Assembly (NCBI GenBank): GCA_045221335.1 | Contig: JBGUWS010000014.1 | Span: 70,261-134,260 of the forward strand | DNA: 64,000 nucleotides | From: Alphaproteobacteria bacterium | GTDB taxonomy: Bacteria > Pseudomonadota > Alphaproteobacteria > RF32 > CAG-239 | Reading direction: 5' to 3' | Shown: positions 42,401 through 51,464 of the stretch, piece by piece | How positions within the stretch are numbered: position 1 is the first letter of the stretch | Layout: each line of letters starts with the position of its first letter | Translations under genes and position numbers: made by a program | Notes under the pieces: model-generated | What the model was told of the DNA's origin: nothing | Databases searched by the model: none | The model's input: the letters and a program-made list of their open reading frames with translations, nothing else

Positions 42401-45400
42401 AATAGTAACCAATACGATAGATGGGGGTATAATTTATAACCAATCACAAATTAATTCTATTTCAGGAAAGATTATAAATAATTACATTGAATCTAAAAAT
42501 GCCACATTAAACGGGGGCGTATTATTTAATGATGCGTCTGGTAATATCTTAATGACATCGGATATAGAAAATAACTATGTCAAAGGGGCGGATATTACAA
42601 ACTCTGATGGTGGAATAATTTATAATAGTGGAACATTAACGCTTTCCGATGTTTCTCTTAAAGATAATGCAACAAATTTAGAAAACACAATTTCAAACAG
42701 TGGCAATCTTTCTATAATTGCGAATAATAAGGATGTCGTATTTGCCGGAAACAAAGTCGGTGCAACCATTACTAGAAACGAAACAACAGGAGAAGTTTCC
42801 GTTACGGGTGGAGATGCTTTAGATATAAGAAACAGTGGTAGCAGTGTGCTGAACTTATTTGCTAAAACAGGAAAATCGATAATTTTTGAAGGTGCAATTA
42901 CTGACGATGATAATCAAGCAACAGCAAATATTGGCGGAACATACGATGATAATGGAACAGAAAAAAATTATGAAGGTTCAGTAATATTTAAAAATACAGT
43001 CGCTCTCTCAACATTAAACATCAAAAATAATGCAAATATAATATTAGGAGTGAATGGCACACAATTTGGTTTATTGAATTTAGGAACTTTAACCAATGAT
43101 GCAAAAAATGGATCGATTAATAGTATAAATAATCATATTGAAAATCACCAAATAACGAAAGCCACATTAAATTCAGCCTTAAATATAGGAATAGATATGA
43201 GTGTGGCAACCGATCTAACAACAGAAGCGGATACATTTACTTTAGGTGCGGATAGCACGGGTACATTTAATATCGCAGATCTAAATATGCTCGGGGATGG
43301 TATAGCTGCTTTTAAGGCCTCCACAGAATCTAAAGAAATCATACAGAAAATATTAAATAATGCAAACAGCAACACCATATTAACTCTTTCTAATACGGTT
43401 AAATCCGCTTATGAAGAAGAAATAGCCGATGAACTTGTAGAAGACGTTGATGAAATTACTGGATCAACCGTTAAATATAATGAAAAGTATGGAGAATATG
43501 AACTTACACGTCAAAGAGCGTTGGAAGTATCAATTGTCGGTTCATCACAAGGATTGGCTGATGCAATCAGATGGGCAATAACAGTAACCGATAGTGATAA
43601 AATATATAAAGACGATACTTTGCATCTGATAAATATTGCATCAGGTACAAATAGGGTATTCGATTTTGATGGTACGACAAACACCTTTAATGTAACGGAA
43701 AATACAGGCACAACAGCTGTTGGTAAATTAACAATATTAGGTACGCAAAATGGTACTGCGTACTCAACAATAGATGCTGACGGGCACAGTTTGTTTGATA
43801 TAACGACCTCAGGGGCAGCCGTTGATATACAGAATACAAAAATTAAAAATGCAGAATACATAGCTGATGTCACAAGTGGTAATGTATTGACTTTAAGTAA
43901 CGTGATTATTGATAATACAAATACCAAAGGTATAACCGGAACAGGAACAACGGTCATATCAGGCGGTAAAACGGTATTAAGTGCAGAATCCAACCAAAAT
44001 TTATTGACAATTAATTCAAATGGTGAGCTAGAAAACAATGCAAAGTTCACATTAGCAGATAAAATTTCAAATTCAGGTACACTGACTTCAATTGCCGATA
44101 ATATAGTAACGGAAAATGGTATAGAAAATGAAGGAGTAATAAACTTTATCGGGGGAGAGAATTTAAATAATATCAGTGGTACAAACGGAACAGTTAATTT
44201 TTCTGATACATCAATAAATTCAGGAACAATAGAACAAAAAATAATCACTAATAGCAACAGTTTGACATCTGATGCCGGAACCTTGAAAGCATCAGCAGGC
44301 ATCCAAAATACAGGGAATTTATATCTGACAGGTGGTATAACACAGAGTATAATTTCAGGCGAAAATGGAACTATACATACCATGGGATCAGTAACAATTG
44401 GAAAAGCCATAAATAACAATGTGTTAAGTCTAGATAGTGGAAGTACAAAATTAGGTATAACAGATCTTTCAACAGCCCAAAAATTAGTCATAAACGGGGG
44501 AGATTTAAATCTACAGTATTTATCAAGTACAGAAGATTATAATTTAGGAAACGTTGAAATCTTGGAAGATATGGGACTGGGTATTGATGTCGATTTAACA
44601 GGAAACACCGCAATAAAGAAAGTTGATACAATATCTGCAACAACAGTTTCTGGCTCTAAAAAAATATATATCAATAACTTAAATATAACGGTTCCTAGTC
44701 CCGGAGATGAAGCCCCAACATATTCAAAAGTTGCAGATAATAATCTAAAAGACAGTGTAGATTTAGGCGATAATGCCAAAACACACGTTAACAATATATC
44801 ACAAAATGGTTTTATGATAACTTATGAAAAAGATACAGAAGGAGAAAATACGGGTGGTTTCTTACATCTGACCTACGCGGATCTGGTAACGGCAGCTCGT
44901 GCAACAACAAGATCAAGAATATATGTTATGGGCAGTGCTGATGAGGATGTTGTCAGCCAGTTAGACGAACAGGGTGGAACAGGAATAACAGATAATAATC
45001 ATTTGTTTGGAGGTGTATCTTTAAGTGTAAACGGTACAGGCATTCAATCAATAATTGGTAGTGGTACGACCGGTGGAATACAGTTAGCTGGAACACAAAC
45101 TTTAAGCTTAAATAACATTAAAGAATACACAGGGTTCTCAACGGGTATTACCAATTATGGTACGGTTAATGTCACAAATGTTGATTTTATTGGAAATACA
45201 ATAGATATAAATAATAATACAGTACTTAATTTGTATGGAACAGATGAGCTAAAAACAATAACAGGAGATACCGGTACAATTAATATTGCAAGTTATGTTG
45301 ATGGAGATAATCAAACCATTAATGCAGAAGTAACTTTTGCCACAGACGGAAATATTACTCAAAAAGATATAGTTATTGCAGAGAATAACGTCTTAGAAAA

Positions 45401-48400
45401 TAATGCTAATCTGACAATCTTAAATAAAATTTCCAATAATGGTACCATAACTTCAAAAGCAAATAACATAAGCACCACAAATGGTATTATAAATAATGGT
45501 ATACTCAATTTAACTGGCGGAGAGAACACAAATGCAATAACTGGTACAGATGGCGTTATTTACCTAACTAATACCGGAAGTAACAGTGCCTCAATTACCC
45601 AAAACAGTATAATTAATTCCGGAACATATACAAATAACGGTACAATCAATGGGTTATTTGATAATAGTAATGCAACGTTAGAAAATAATAGTGAAATTAG
45701 TTTAATAACCATGGATGGAGGTAACTTAAATAACGGCACAAACGGTACCATCCTGGCAACAGACTTAATCAGTGGTAATGTAATTAATGCCGGTTCTATA
45801 AACAACACCGGTCGCATGATAATAGAAAGCAGTGACACCTATACAAATACCGGCTATATTGCTAATTCCGGCGATTTAACAATTAAAGGAACAAAAGAAA
45901 TCGGACAGATTACAGGATTAGGGGACTCAACAACAGGAAATATTGTTTTGGGAGATACCTCGACAGATATTTCGACAGTTAACAAAGATATTGCTCAGCA
46001 AACAATAACCTTAAATAATGGAACGCTCAAATTTGCTGCCACAGGTTCTTTAACAGATAATGTTGCATTTATTGGTAACAACGGTACTTTGGATACTCAA
46101 AATAGCACAATAAATACAATATCTCTTGGTGCGGTCACATTAAATAGTAACATTATGTGGGCAATAGACGCTGATTTAGCAAATATGACAGCAGATAATG
46201 TAACCGGCAACGCAAATCCATCCGGTTCAGGAAAATTAGTAATTAATGCAATAAACCTTCTTTCGGACGGTAATTATAAATATATAGAAACCAAAGTTGC
46301 AGATAATAATCTAAAAGGTATTATTGCGTTAGCTTCAGATCAATTTATTGTTAATAATTTAGCTGGAAACGGAAGTTACCTTGTTACTTATCAAGCAAAA
46401 ACGGATGGTGGATATTTAACCTTTGATAATTCTGATATGAATAACCTTGTTATTGCTGCACGAAAAGAAGGTAGTGTTGTTTACAGTATGTCTCAAAATG
46501 AAAGTATCGAAACAGATTTAGCAGCTATTCCCGACGATATAACAAATGCTATAGGTAACCAAATAGCCGATGATTATACAATTAATGGCAATGGTCATAG
46601 CATTGATGGTGCCAACAAAGGTGGTATAATAACTTCTGCAACACAAGTTTTAACATTAAATAATATTAGTGAAGTTAAAGATTTTTCAGGGAATGCAATT
46701 ACGAATGCAGGTACACTAAATATCAATGCGCAAACAACAGATACAGTATTTAACAGCACAGCAGGCATCAAAAATACGGGAGATTTAATCTTAAATGCCG
46801 CAGAAGGCCAAAAAATAACAATTGCCGGAGCAATAACCGATGACACTGTTACTAAAGGGGTAACAACCGTCAAAGGAGATGGAATTACCAATATAAATAA
46901 TAGTATTACTCAAGATAAATTGCTCATTGAATCAGGCACCGTCAATGTTTCTGCCTCAAATTTGAATATAGATGAGTTCATACAAAATGACAGTATTCTA
47001 AATTTAGATGAAGGAATATTAAGTTCAATCATTAAGGGTAATAATGGAACAACAAATATTGTAGGAGAAGTTACTAATAACGCGTCAATCACTCAAAATG
47101 AAATAACTATTGAGGAGACTGCCAAACTGACGACCAATGCCAGTGATATAACCAGTGTAAGCGGTATAGATAACAACGGTACATTAGAGTGGATAGGTTC
47201 AGGAGAAAACAACAATATTATTTTAAGCAGCAATAATGAGGGTATAATAGAAGTTAAAGGCACTGTTCAAAATAATCAAAGCGTGACGCAAAATAAGATT
47301 ATAATAGCCGGTAACAATGCGGAACTAATTTCTAATGCTGATAATTTAAGTACGATTGAGGGAATTGAAAATAACAGTCTTTTAACTTTAACAGGCGGTC
47401 AGAATACCAATAAAATTGATGGTACAGGTAAGCTTGTTATTAAGACAGATAATCAAGTAGAAAATGAAGCGTTGATAAAACAAAAACAAATTACGGTAGA
47501 AGAAGGAACATTGATAAGTGATGTTGCCAATTTAGTAACAACAGAGAATATAAAAGTTTCCGACTTGTTGCGTTTAACCGGAACAGGTGATAATACAAAT
47601 CGAATTATAGGTAACGGTACGACAGAAATTGCGGGAACATTGACAACTTCAAACACAATCAGTTCTAACTTAGCCATTTCAGGAACATTAACAACTTCAG
47701 CTGATAAACTGGATATAGCATCAAAGAGCTTAAAAGGCGCCGGAGGAACATTAGACTTAAGCGTTAATGATAAATATGCAGAGGTGTTAACAGTAAAAGA
47801 GCTTGATCTAAACGAGGGTAATCTTAATTTGATAATAGATGTTGACCTTGCTAACAAGCAAGCTGATCAATTAAATGTAACAAGCATCTCCGGGTCAAAT
47901 AAATTAGTTATAAATGGCTTTAATCTTATAAGTGATGCACAAGAGAATTTACCAATTACAACAACAGTATTAACCGTAAATGACACATCAGAAGCCGAAA
48001 AACTAAGCCAGAATGTAGAGTTACAGGGTGCCCCGGTAACAATCCAAGGTGAAATTCCTGAATATAGCTACCTGGTTTCATATATTGTAAAAGATTTAAC
48101 AGGTAATTTACAATTTGAGTACGCAAATCTGGCAACAGCAATTATTTTTGATGCAGAGCAAAAAGTTTATACAATGGCCAACGAGGAAAGCTTAAGCGAA
48201 GAAAAAGAAATGCAAGGAAAGAATTTAAGCATTTGCGGTAACGGGAACGCCATTACGGGAGACGGAACAAATAACGGTATCAGAATTGGAAATGATCAAA
48301 CATTATCAATTAATGATGTCAACAGTATGCAAGAATTTGATCAAGCCATTGTAAATGATGGTGGTACAGTTAACCTTAAAAATGTAAGTTTCACAAATAA

Positions 48401-50438
48401 CACGGTAGATGTTAATAACAATAGCATATTAAATTTAGAAGGAAATAATGTACTACAAGACGGCATTATCGGAGATAATGGTAAAACAAACATTATTTCA
48501 GGCGAAACAACACTTTCAGGCGAAACAACGCAAGAAACAATTACCGTTTCTGATGCAACATTAAATAATCAAGGAATTATCAGTGCTGCTATCAATAACG
48601 CCGGTACAATTAATAATGAAAACGAACTTAAAATGAACGGCACATCAGTAAATACAGGTAAGATTAGTGGAAATGGCACTTTAACAGTCAATGGAACTCT
48701 AGAAAACACCGAAGATACAGCTTCTATTGTTCAAGATAAAGTACAGATTACGGAAAACGGCGAATTAACATCAGATAATGACAAAATCAGCGCATATATC
48801 GTTAATGACGGTATCTTCAATATGAGCGGTGCGGAAAATAATAATATCGTGGACGGAACAGGAATTGTTAATATTAACTCCAGTATGAGGCTTAATGAAC
48901 AAATAGGAGGAACAAACACGATAAACGTCAATGAAGGTGTATTAACCTTTGCTGATAATGAAGCTTTAGGGAGCAATGTTAAATTAAACGCCAACAAAGG
49001 TAGTTCTATAGACGTCGAAAATAATCAGATGAGCGTAGATCAGGTGGTATTTAAAGAAGGCTCAACCTTAAAATTAAAAGTAAATAGTCTTTCTGATTTT
49101 GGTTCGATTATAGCAAATACAATAAATGTCGAGCAAGGAGCTAATCTGTTTGCTGTTCTAGGGCAGGGATTGATTGAAGTCGGTCAGGAAGGAAGAATTC
49201 AGCTCTTAACAGCTAATAACAGTGATTTTAATAACTTTAGTGACAGTTTTGAAAATAACATGTACCGTTTTGAAAAAGACGGCAAAAATGGTGCATACAT
49301 CATTTCACAAGCCAGAACAGCAGAGGATGTCCTAAAAGAAGCAAATGCCAACAAGGATATTGTTGGTGCTGGACACGCTTGGATAGATGGTTCTCAGTTC
49401 CCGGATGAAAATAGTCAGGAAGTTGCAGATAAACTAACAGAATTAGCACAGACAGATGCCCATAAGCTTATAAAGGCATTAAAAGGTCTTGCACCTAACG
49501 ATGCCCCGATAGTAAAAACCTTAGCAATTGAACGGGCCTCTTATCTGTCAGATATGTTGCAAAATCATATTTATAACCGTTCAGAAGAACAATCCGCACA
49601 AGGTCTCTCATCTAATATTTCAGCACTGGATGCATCAGTTTGGATAAAGACATATGCCGCACGTTCTACCATAGCAGCAGACGATAATGCCGGAGGATTT
49701 AATATCAACCGCCAGGGAGCCGTATTAGGCATAGATAAGAAGGTAAATTCAGATACCTTAGTCGGTATGGGTTATGGTGCGGATACAACAAAAGCAAAAT
49801 CACATGATCACAATGATAAGGTACAAACCCATAGTTTGTTTGCTTATACGCGATATAAGCCAAATGATTGGTACATGGAAAGCTTAGCGGCATACAGCCA
49901 ATCTCAATATAATGAAACAAAGCAAAGTGTTTCAACCATCCGTGCAAAATATGATGTAAAAGACCTATTCTTTAAGGTAGATAACGGTTATGAGTTTAAT
50001 ATAAAAGATGCAATTATAACACCGGAATTGAGCTTAAGATATCATTATATAAAACGAGACGGATATAAAGATAGTGCAGGCCAAAAAGTTGATGCAAATA
50101 ATCTACAGGTCTTCACACCTGTGGTCGGTGTAAAAGCTTCTACAGAATTTGAGATAGATGAAAATAAACTCTCAAGGAAAGCAACCGTAAGGCCGGAAGT
50201 TTATGTTGGGGCAGGATATGATGTCAAATCAGATAATGAAAACTCCTTTGTAAGCTTGCCTAACGGAGAATCTTACGTTTATCATGGCAATCAATTAGAT
50301 AAGTTCTTTATAGAAACAAAAGCCGGTGTCAAAGCAAGTTTCACGGATGATGTTGACGTAGGTCTCTGGTATCTTGGAAATTACCGCGGAAATTACCAAT
50401 CTCACGCAGGAATGGTCGAGCTGAAAGTAAGATTTTAA
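39432..50438 (+). CDS. Giant type Va autotransporter (3668 aa) with Pmp/POMP repeats, reiterated ~38-aa and ~130-aa passenger modules, and C-terminal beta-barrel
   Basis: Signal peptide (LLLGVLANVSYTYA). Many FxxN/GGAI-type repeats and periodic (I/L)SG(D/N)I(S/T)NN...YGG(I/M)IYN units. Four copies of a ~130-aa DVDL... module. C-terminal ~300 aa paralogous to the first autotransporter's translocator, ending ...VELKVRF. Confidence 0.85.
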   Translation: MMKVKYKKVFKLTLLLGVLANVSYTYAAEQYVDDYNSLIAAISGAQDGDIIILNNSIEVTGALSSINKNITIDGQGLYGIYSSSLGGFTVSAGKNVTFKNIGQATVNLETGEVTYVEHSGLQGFHKSYTAALRNNGTLTLDNVVFYGNDGANGHGRAMYNSSSGTILSIKGKFLNNTNGSGTLANYGNIAYVKADFVGNSGGQHGGAILNNKGAKIQEIRDSNFIANSSARSGGAIRNLDGANEVTIYDSLFRFNNSRQGGAIKNSDESKAIIYNSLFDRNYAIYDSPDSPAASRPGGGAISNTDGKVYITDSQFTNNAAENNGGAILSDGLLYIYAKEKDVEFKNNKSLATISNAGANATVSGGVYNDLYLLKNAEINANAGKNIIFNGSVVNAVNTVVLSLNNDASIQGGNYIFNNEVTNGIFNIYNGAAVKFGTYNQVDGSVSYGKLNGVSFSNDTKGGTIDFQNNHIDDQVLTDLTLNSDIDIKLDVDLVNGISDYFSANTYTGNGKLNIVGINILSDNPIDLATKVSNSVLKDAITLSIATVDGPSLSYSILYDTSQNDGGYLRFSSGEMTNLVIVNRAEAKHRFYSLGSDENIAADIAEIGDGSTSIGEMGGVTGTIFTINGNSDYSINGENYAEITVKSGKTLNVDNVGSLEANGDVKAAWQGFKGTLFSVSSGTLNFTGDNVIANNTAIDKESLISNNGGTITVSDGSLNILNNSYHASLINNTNGTIGDFNTLIKSNLVNTGTGSLYGLIYNNAGSGKTAKIGELSGEISNNVITNSNGNLYGGIIYNYSKGTAEIDKITALFQGNQISTSALYGGLIRNQAEGGAVKIGDITGDIKENTLAFKNDTYGAIISNKATTKNAEIGNISGNITNNTINMSGNKSLYGIIQNEGNSGGTAKILGISGDISNNSINGNNNNSLLGGMIYNCAKSANAEIGEISGDIKNNSFKMGSMEGSIISNKNTSGYDAIIDAISGNIEENMIIVTNTIDGGIIYNQSQINSISGKIINNYIESKNATLNGGVLFNDASGNILMTSDIENNYVKGADITNSDGGIIYNSGTLTLSDVSLKDNATNLENTISNSGNLSIIANNKDVVFAGNKVGATITRNETTGEVSVTGGDALDIRNSGSSVLNLFAKTGKSIIFEGAITDDDNQATANIGGTYDDNGTEKNYEGSVIFKNTVALSTLNIKNNANIILGVNGTQFGLLNLGTLTNDAKNGSINSINNHIENHQITKATLNSALNIGIDMSVATDLTTEADTFTLGADSTGTFNIADLNMLGDGIAAFKASTESKEIIQKILNNANSNTILTLSNTVKSAYEEEIADELVEDVDEITGSTVKYNEKYGEYELTRQRALEVSIVGSSQGLADAIRWAITVTDSDKIYKDDTLHLINIASGTNRVFDFDGTTNTFNVTENTGTTAVGKLTILGTQNGTAYSTIDADGHSLFDITTSGAAVDIQNTKIKNAEYIADVTSGNVLTLSNVIIDNTNTKGITGTGTTVISGGKTVLSAESNQNLLTINSNGELENNAKFTLADKISNSGTLTSIADNIVTENGIENEGVINFIGGENLNNISGTNGTVNFSDTSINSGTIEQKIITNSNSLTSDAGTLKASAGIQNTGNLYLTGGITQSIISGENGTIHTMGSVTIGKAINNNVLSLDSGSTKLGITDLSTAQKLVINGGDLNLQYLSSTEDYNLGNVEILEDMGLGIDVDLTGNTAIKKVDTISATTVSGSKKIYINNLNITVPSPGDEAPTYSKVADNNLKDSVDLGDNAKTHVNNISQNGFMITYEKDTEGENTGGFLHLTYADLVTAARATTRSRIYVMGSADEDVVSQLDEQGGTGITDNNHLFGGVSLSVNGTGIQSIIGSGTTGGIQLAGTQTLSLNNIKEYTGFSTGITNYGTVNVTNVDFIGNTIDINNNTVLNLYGTDELKTITGDTGTINIASYVDGDNQTINAEVTFATDGNITQKDIVIAENNVLENNANLTILNKISNNGTITSKANNISTTNGIINNGILNLTGGENTNAITGTDGVIYLTNTGSNSASITQNSIINSGTYTNNGTINGLFDNSNATLENNSEISLITMDGGNLNNGTNGTILATDLISGNVINAGSINNTGRMIIESSDTYTNTGYIANSGDLTIKGTKEIGQITGLGDSTTGNIVLGDTSTDISTVNKDIAQQTITLNNGTLKFAATGSLTDNVAFIGNNGTLDTQNSTINTISLGAVTLNSNIMWAIDADLANMTADNVTGNANPSGSGKLVINAINLLSDGNYKYIETKVADNNLKGIIALASDQFIVNNLAGNGSYLVTYQAKTDGGYLTFDNSDMNNLVIAARKEGSVVYSMSQNESIETDLAAIPDDITNAIGNQIADDYTINGNGHSIDGANKGGIITSATQVLTLNNISEVKDFSGNAITNAGTLNINAQTTDTVFNSTAGIKNTGDLILNAAEGQKITIAGAITDDTVTKGVTTVKGDGITNINNSITQDKLLIESGTVNVSASNLNIDEFIQNDSILNLDEGILSSIIKGNNGTTNIVGEVTNNASITQNEITIEETAKLTTNASDITSVSGIDNNGTLEWIGSGENNNIILSSNNEGIIEVKGTVQNNQSVTQNKIIIAGNNAELISNADNLSTIEGIENNSLLTLTGGQNTNKIDGTGKLVIKTDNQVENEALIKQKQITVEEGTLISDVANLVTTENIKVSDLLRLTGTGDNTNRIIGNGTTEIAGTLTTSNTISSNLAISGTLTTSADKLDIASKSLKGAGGTLDLSVNDKYAEVLTVKELDLNEGNLNLIIDVDLANKQADQLNVTSISGSNKLVINGFNLISDAQENLPITTTVLTVNDTSEAEKLSQNVELQGAPVTIQGEIPEYSYLVSYIVKDLTGNLQFEYANLATAIIFDAEQKVYTMANEESLSEEKEMQGKNLSICGNGNAITGDGTNNGIRIGNDQTLSINDVNSMQEFDQAIVNDGGTVNLKNVSFTNNTVDVNNNSILNLEGNNVLQDGIIGDNGKTNIISGETTLSGETTQETITVSDATLNNQGIISAAINNAGTINNENELKMNGTSVNTGKISGNGTLTVNGTLENTEDTASIVQDKVQITENGELTSDNDKISAYIVNDGIFNMSGAENNNIVDGTGIVNINSSMRLNEQIGGTNTINVNEGVLTFADNEALGSNVKLNANKGSSIDVENNQMSVDQVVFKEGSTLKLKVNSLSDFGSIIANTINVEQGANLFAVLGQGLIEVGQEGRIQLLTANNSDFNNFSDSFENNMYRFEKDGKNGAYIISQARTAEDVLKEANANKDIVGAGHAWIDGSQFPDENSQEVADKLTELAQTDAHKLIKALKGLAPNDAPIVKTLAIERASYLSDMLQNHIYNRSEEQSAQGLSSNISALDASVWIKTYAARSTIAADDNAGGFNINRQGAVLGIDKKVNSDTLVGMGYGADTTKAKSHDHNDKVQTHSLFAYTRYKPNDWYMESLAAYSQSQYNETKQSVSTIRAKYDVKDLFFKVDNGYEFNIKDAIITPELSLRYHYIKRDGYKDSAGQKVDANNLQVFTPVVGVKASTEFEIDENKLSRKATVRPEVYVGAGYDVKSDNENSFVSLPNGESYVYHGNQLDKFFIETKAGVKASFTDDVDVGLWYLGNYRGNYQSHAGMVELKVRF

Positions 50439-50440
50439 AA
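50390..50440 (+). repeat. Direct repeat copy A (3' end of the autotransporter CDS); partner at 51213-51263
   Basis: 51 bp with 3 mismatches versus copy B. Both copies encode NYQSHAGMVELKVRF* (differences synonymous). Confidence 0.8.
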
Positions 50441-50589
50441 TAAATTATTTCGATCATTAAAATAAAAGATAACGATTTTTTATGTTTTTGAGTGTTACGC
50501 ATCTCATCTTGATATTTTAATTGACTAATTAGCGAAAAGATGCCACCATTTCAGAAAAGTGTGTATCGGCAAATAGAACGGAGGCAAAT

Positions 50590-51213
50590 ATGGCAATCGG
50601 TAAAGCACTTAAAAACTTATGGAATTATTTATTTAGTTCTGATGACGAAAATCAGGTCACGCCAGCAGATCCGCAAGAAGATAAAGCCGCAACGAAAAAG
50701 ATATATACATATAAAGATATAGAATTTATTCATGATAACTATAGCGGTATGACTTATGCAAATATGGATTTTAACAATGGCTACCATATGTATATTTCGG
50801 TTGAAGATTACAGTGATGACTTAGAAAACCATGAATCACCAGCCGGATATGAAATAACAATCTTTGATAGCAAAGGCAGAAGGAACAGTACTTGTTTAAA
50901 TAAAGACGGAAAAGATCTTGTTGCATATAACAAAAGTGCCGTGACAACATTGATGAAACAAATTCAACAATTGGATGAAAAAGGGCATATATCCGCAACG
51001 CATGATGCAACGAGGATTCAGGCCAGAAAACAATATTTATTGAAAAAGCAAAAGGATAGAAAAGCATACAAAAAGAGCCATCCGGAAGATGATGTTTCCG
51101 GCGTTATACTTGCTGATGAAATTGCGAAAAGTATTATTTCGGGGAGCGAAAAAAGAAAGATTACTCCTGCAGTTGCCCGTGAATATAAAGCGAAATTGTC
51201 GCGTCATCAATAA
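50590..51213 (+). CDS. Hypothetical protein (207 aa) with acidic N-terminal half and Lys-rich C-terminal half, inserted between duplicated autotransporter 3' ends
   Basis: Strong GGAGG RBS 6 nt upstream. No recognisable domain. Confidence 0.5.
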   Translation: MAIGKALKNLWNYLFSSDDENQVTPADPQEDKAATKKIYTYKDIEFIHDNYSGMTYANMDFNNGYHMYISVEDYSDDLENHESPAGYEITIFDSKGRRNSTCLNKDGKDLVAYNKSAVTTLMKQIQQLDEKGHISATHDATRIQARKQYLLKKQKDRKAYKKSHPEDDVSGVILADEIAKSIISGSEKRKITPAVAREYKAKLSRHQ

Positions 51214-51263
51214 AATTACCAATCTCATGCTGGAATGGTCGAGCTGAAAGTAAGATTTTAAAA
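51213..51263 (+). repeat. Direct repeat copy B (orphan autotransporter 3' end remnant)
   Basis: See copy A. It begins exactly at the stop codon of the 207-aa ORF. Confidence 0.8.
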
Positions 51264-51295
51264 CAAAAAAACCTGTTAAGTATCCAGAAGTATCC

Positions 51296-51464
51296 GCAAT
51301 TCTCGAGCTGAAATTTTTGGATTTTTTGAGCCGGTTAACTTCAGATTGTTATGAATCCGAAGTTGATTTTATGAGATTTTTTGTAAAGCTGGAGTGTGCT
51401 TGCAATACACGAGCCAATCATTTGATTATGGAGATATTTTAAGGTTACGGGGTGGATTTCAGAT
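51296..51464. repeat. Two tandem degenerate copies (R1a, R1b) of an ~85-bp intergenic repeat family
   Basis: Shared core ggagtgNgcttgca....cgag.taaaatttt....tttttaac..atgggtg....gaacca.a.gt.gat..aaat..cagc; related copies at 53023-53100 and 53723-53807. R1b overlaps the last codons of the GT-C gene. Confidence 0.55.

Noticed and set aside
43511-44491. 326-aa minus-strand ORF (and many 60-130-aa minus-strand ORFs) inside the autotransporter genes
   Set aside because: These are antisense to highly repetitive coding sequence with far stronger coding signal, consist of low-complexity Pro/Ser/Leu-rich translations, and lack RBSs. They are typical shadow ORFs.
50540-50722. 60-aa ORF overlapping the start of the 207-aa gene in another frame
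   Set aside because: It lacks an RBS and is Arg/Lys-rich frame noise. The 50590 ORF has a strong GGAGG RBS.
50390-51263. Interpreting the 51-bp direct repeats as a transposon target-site duplication
   Set aside because: Far too long for known TSDs, the copies differ at three synonymous positions, and no transposase or inverted repeats are present. Recombination between paralogous gene ends is more plausible.
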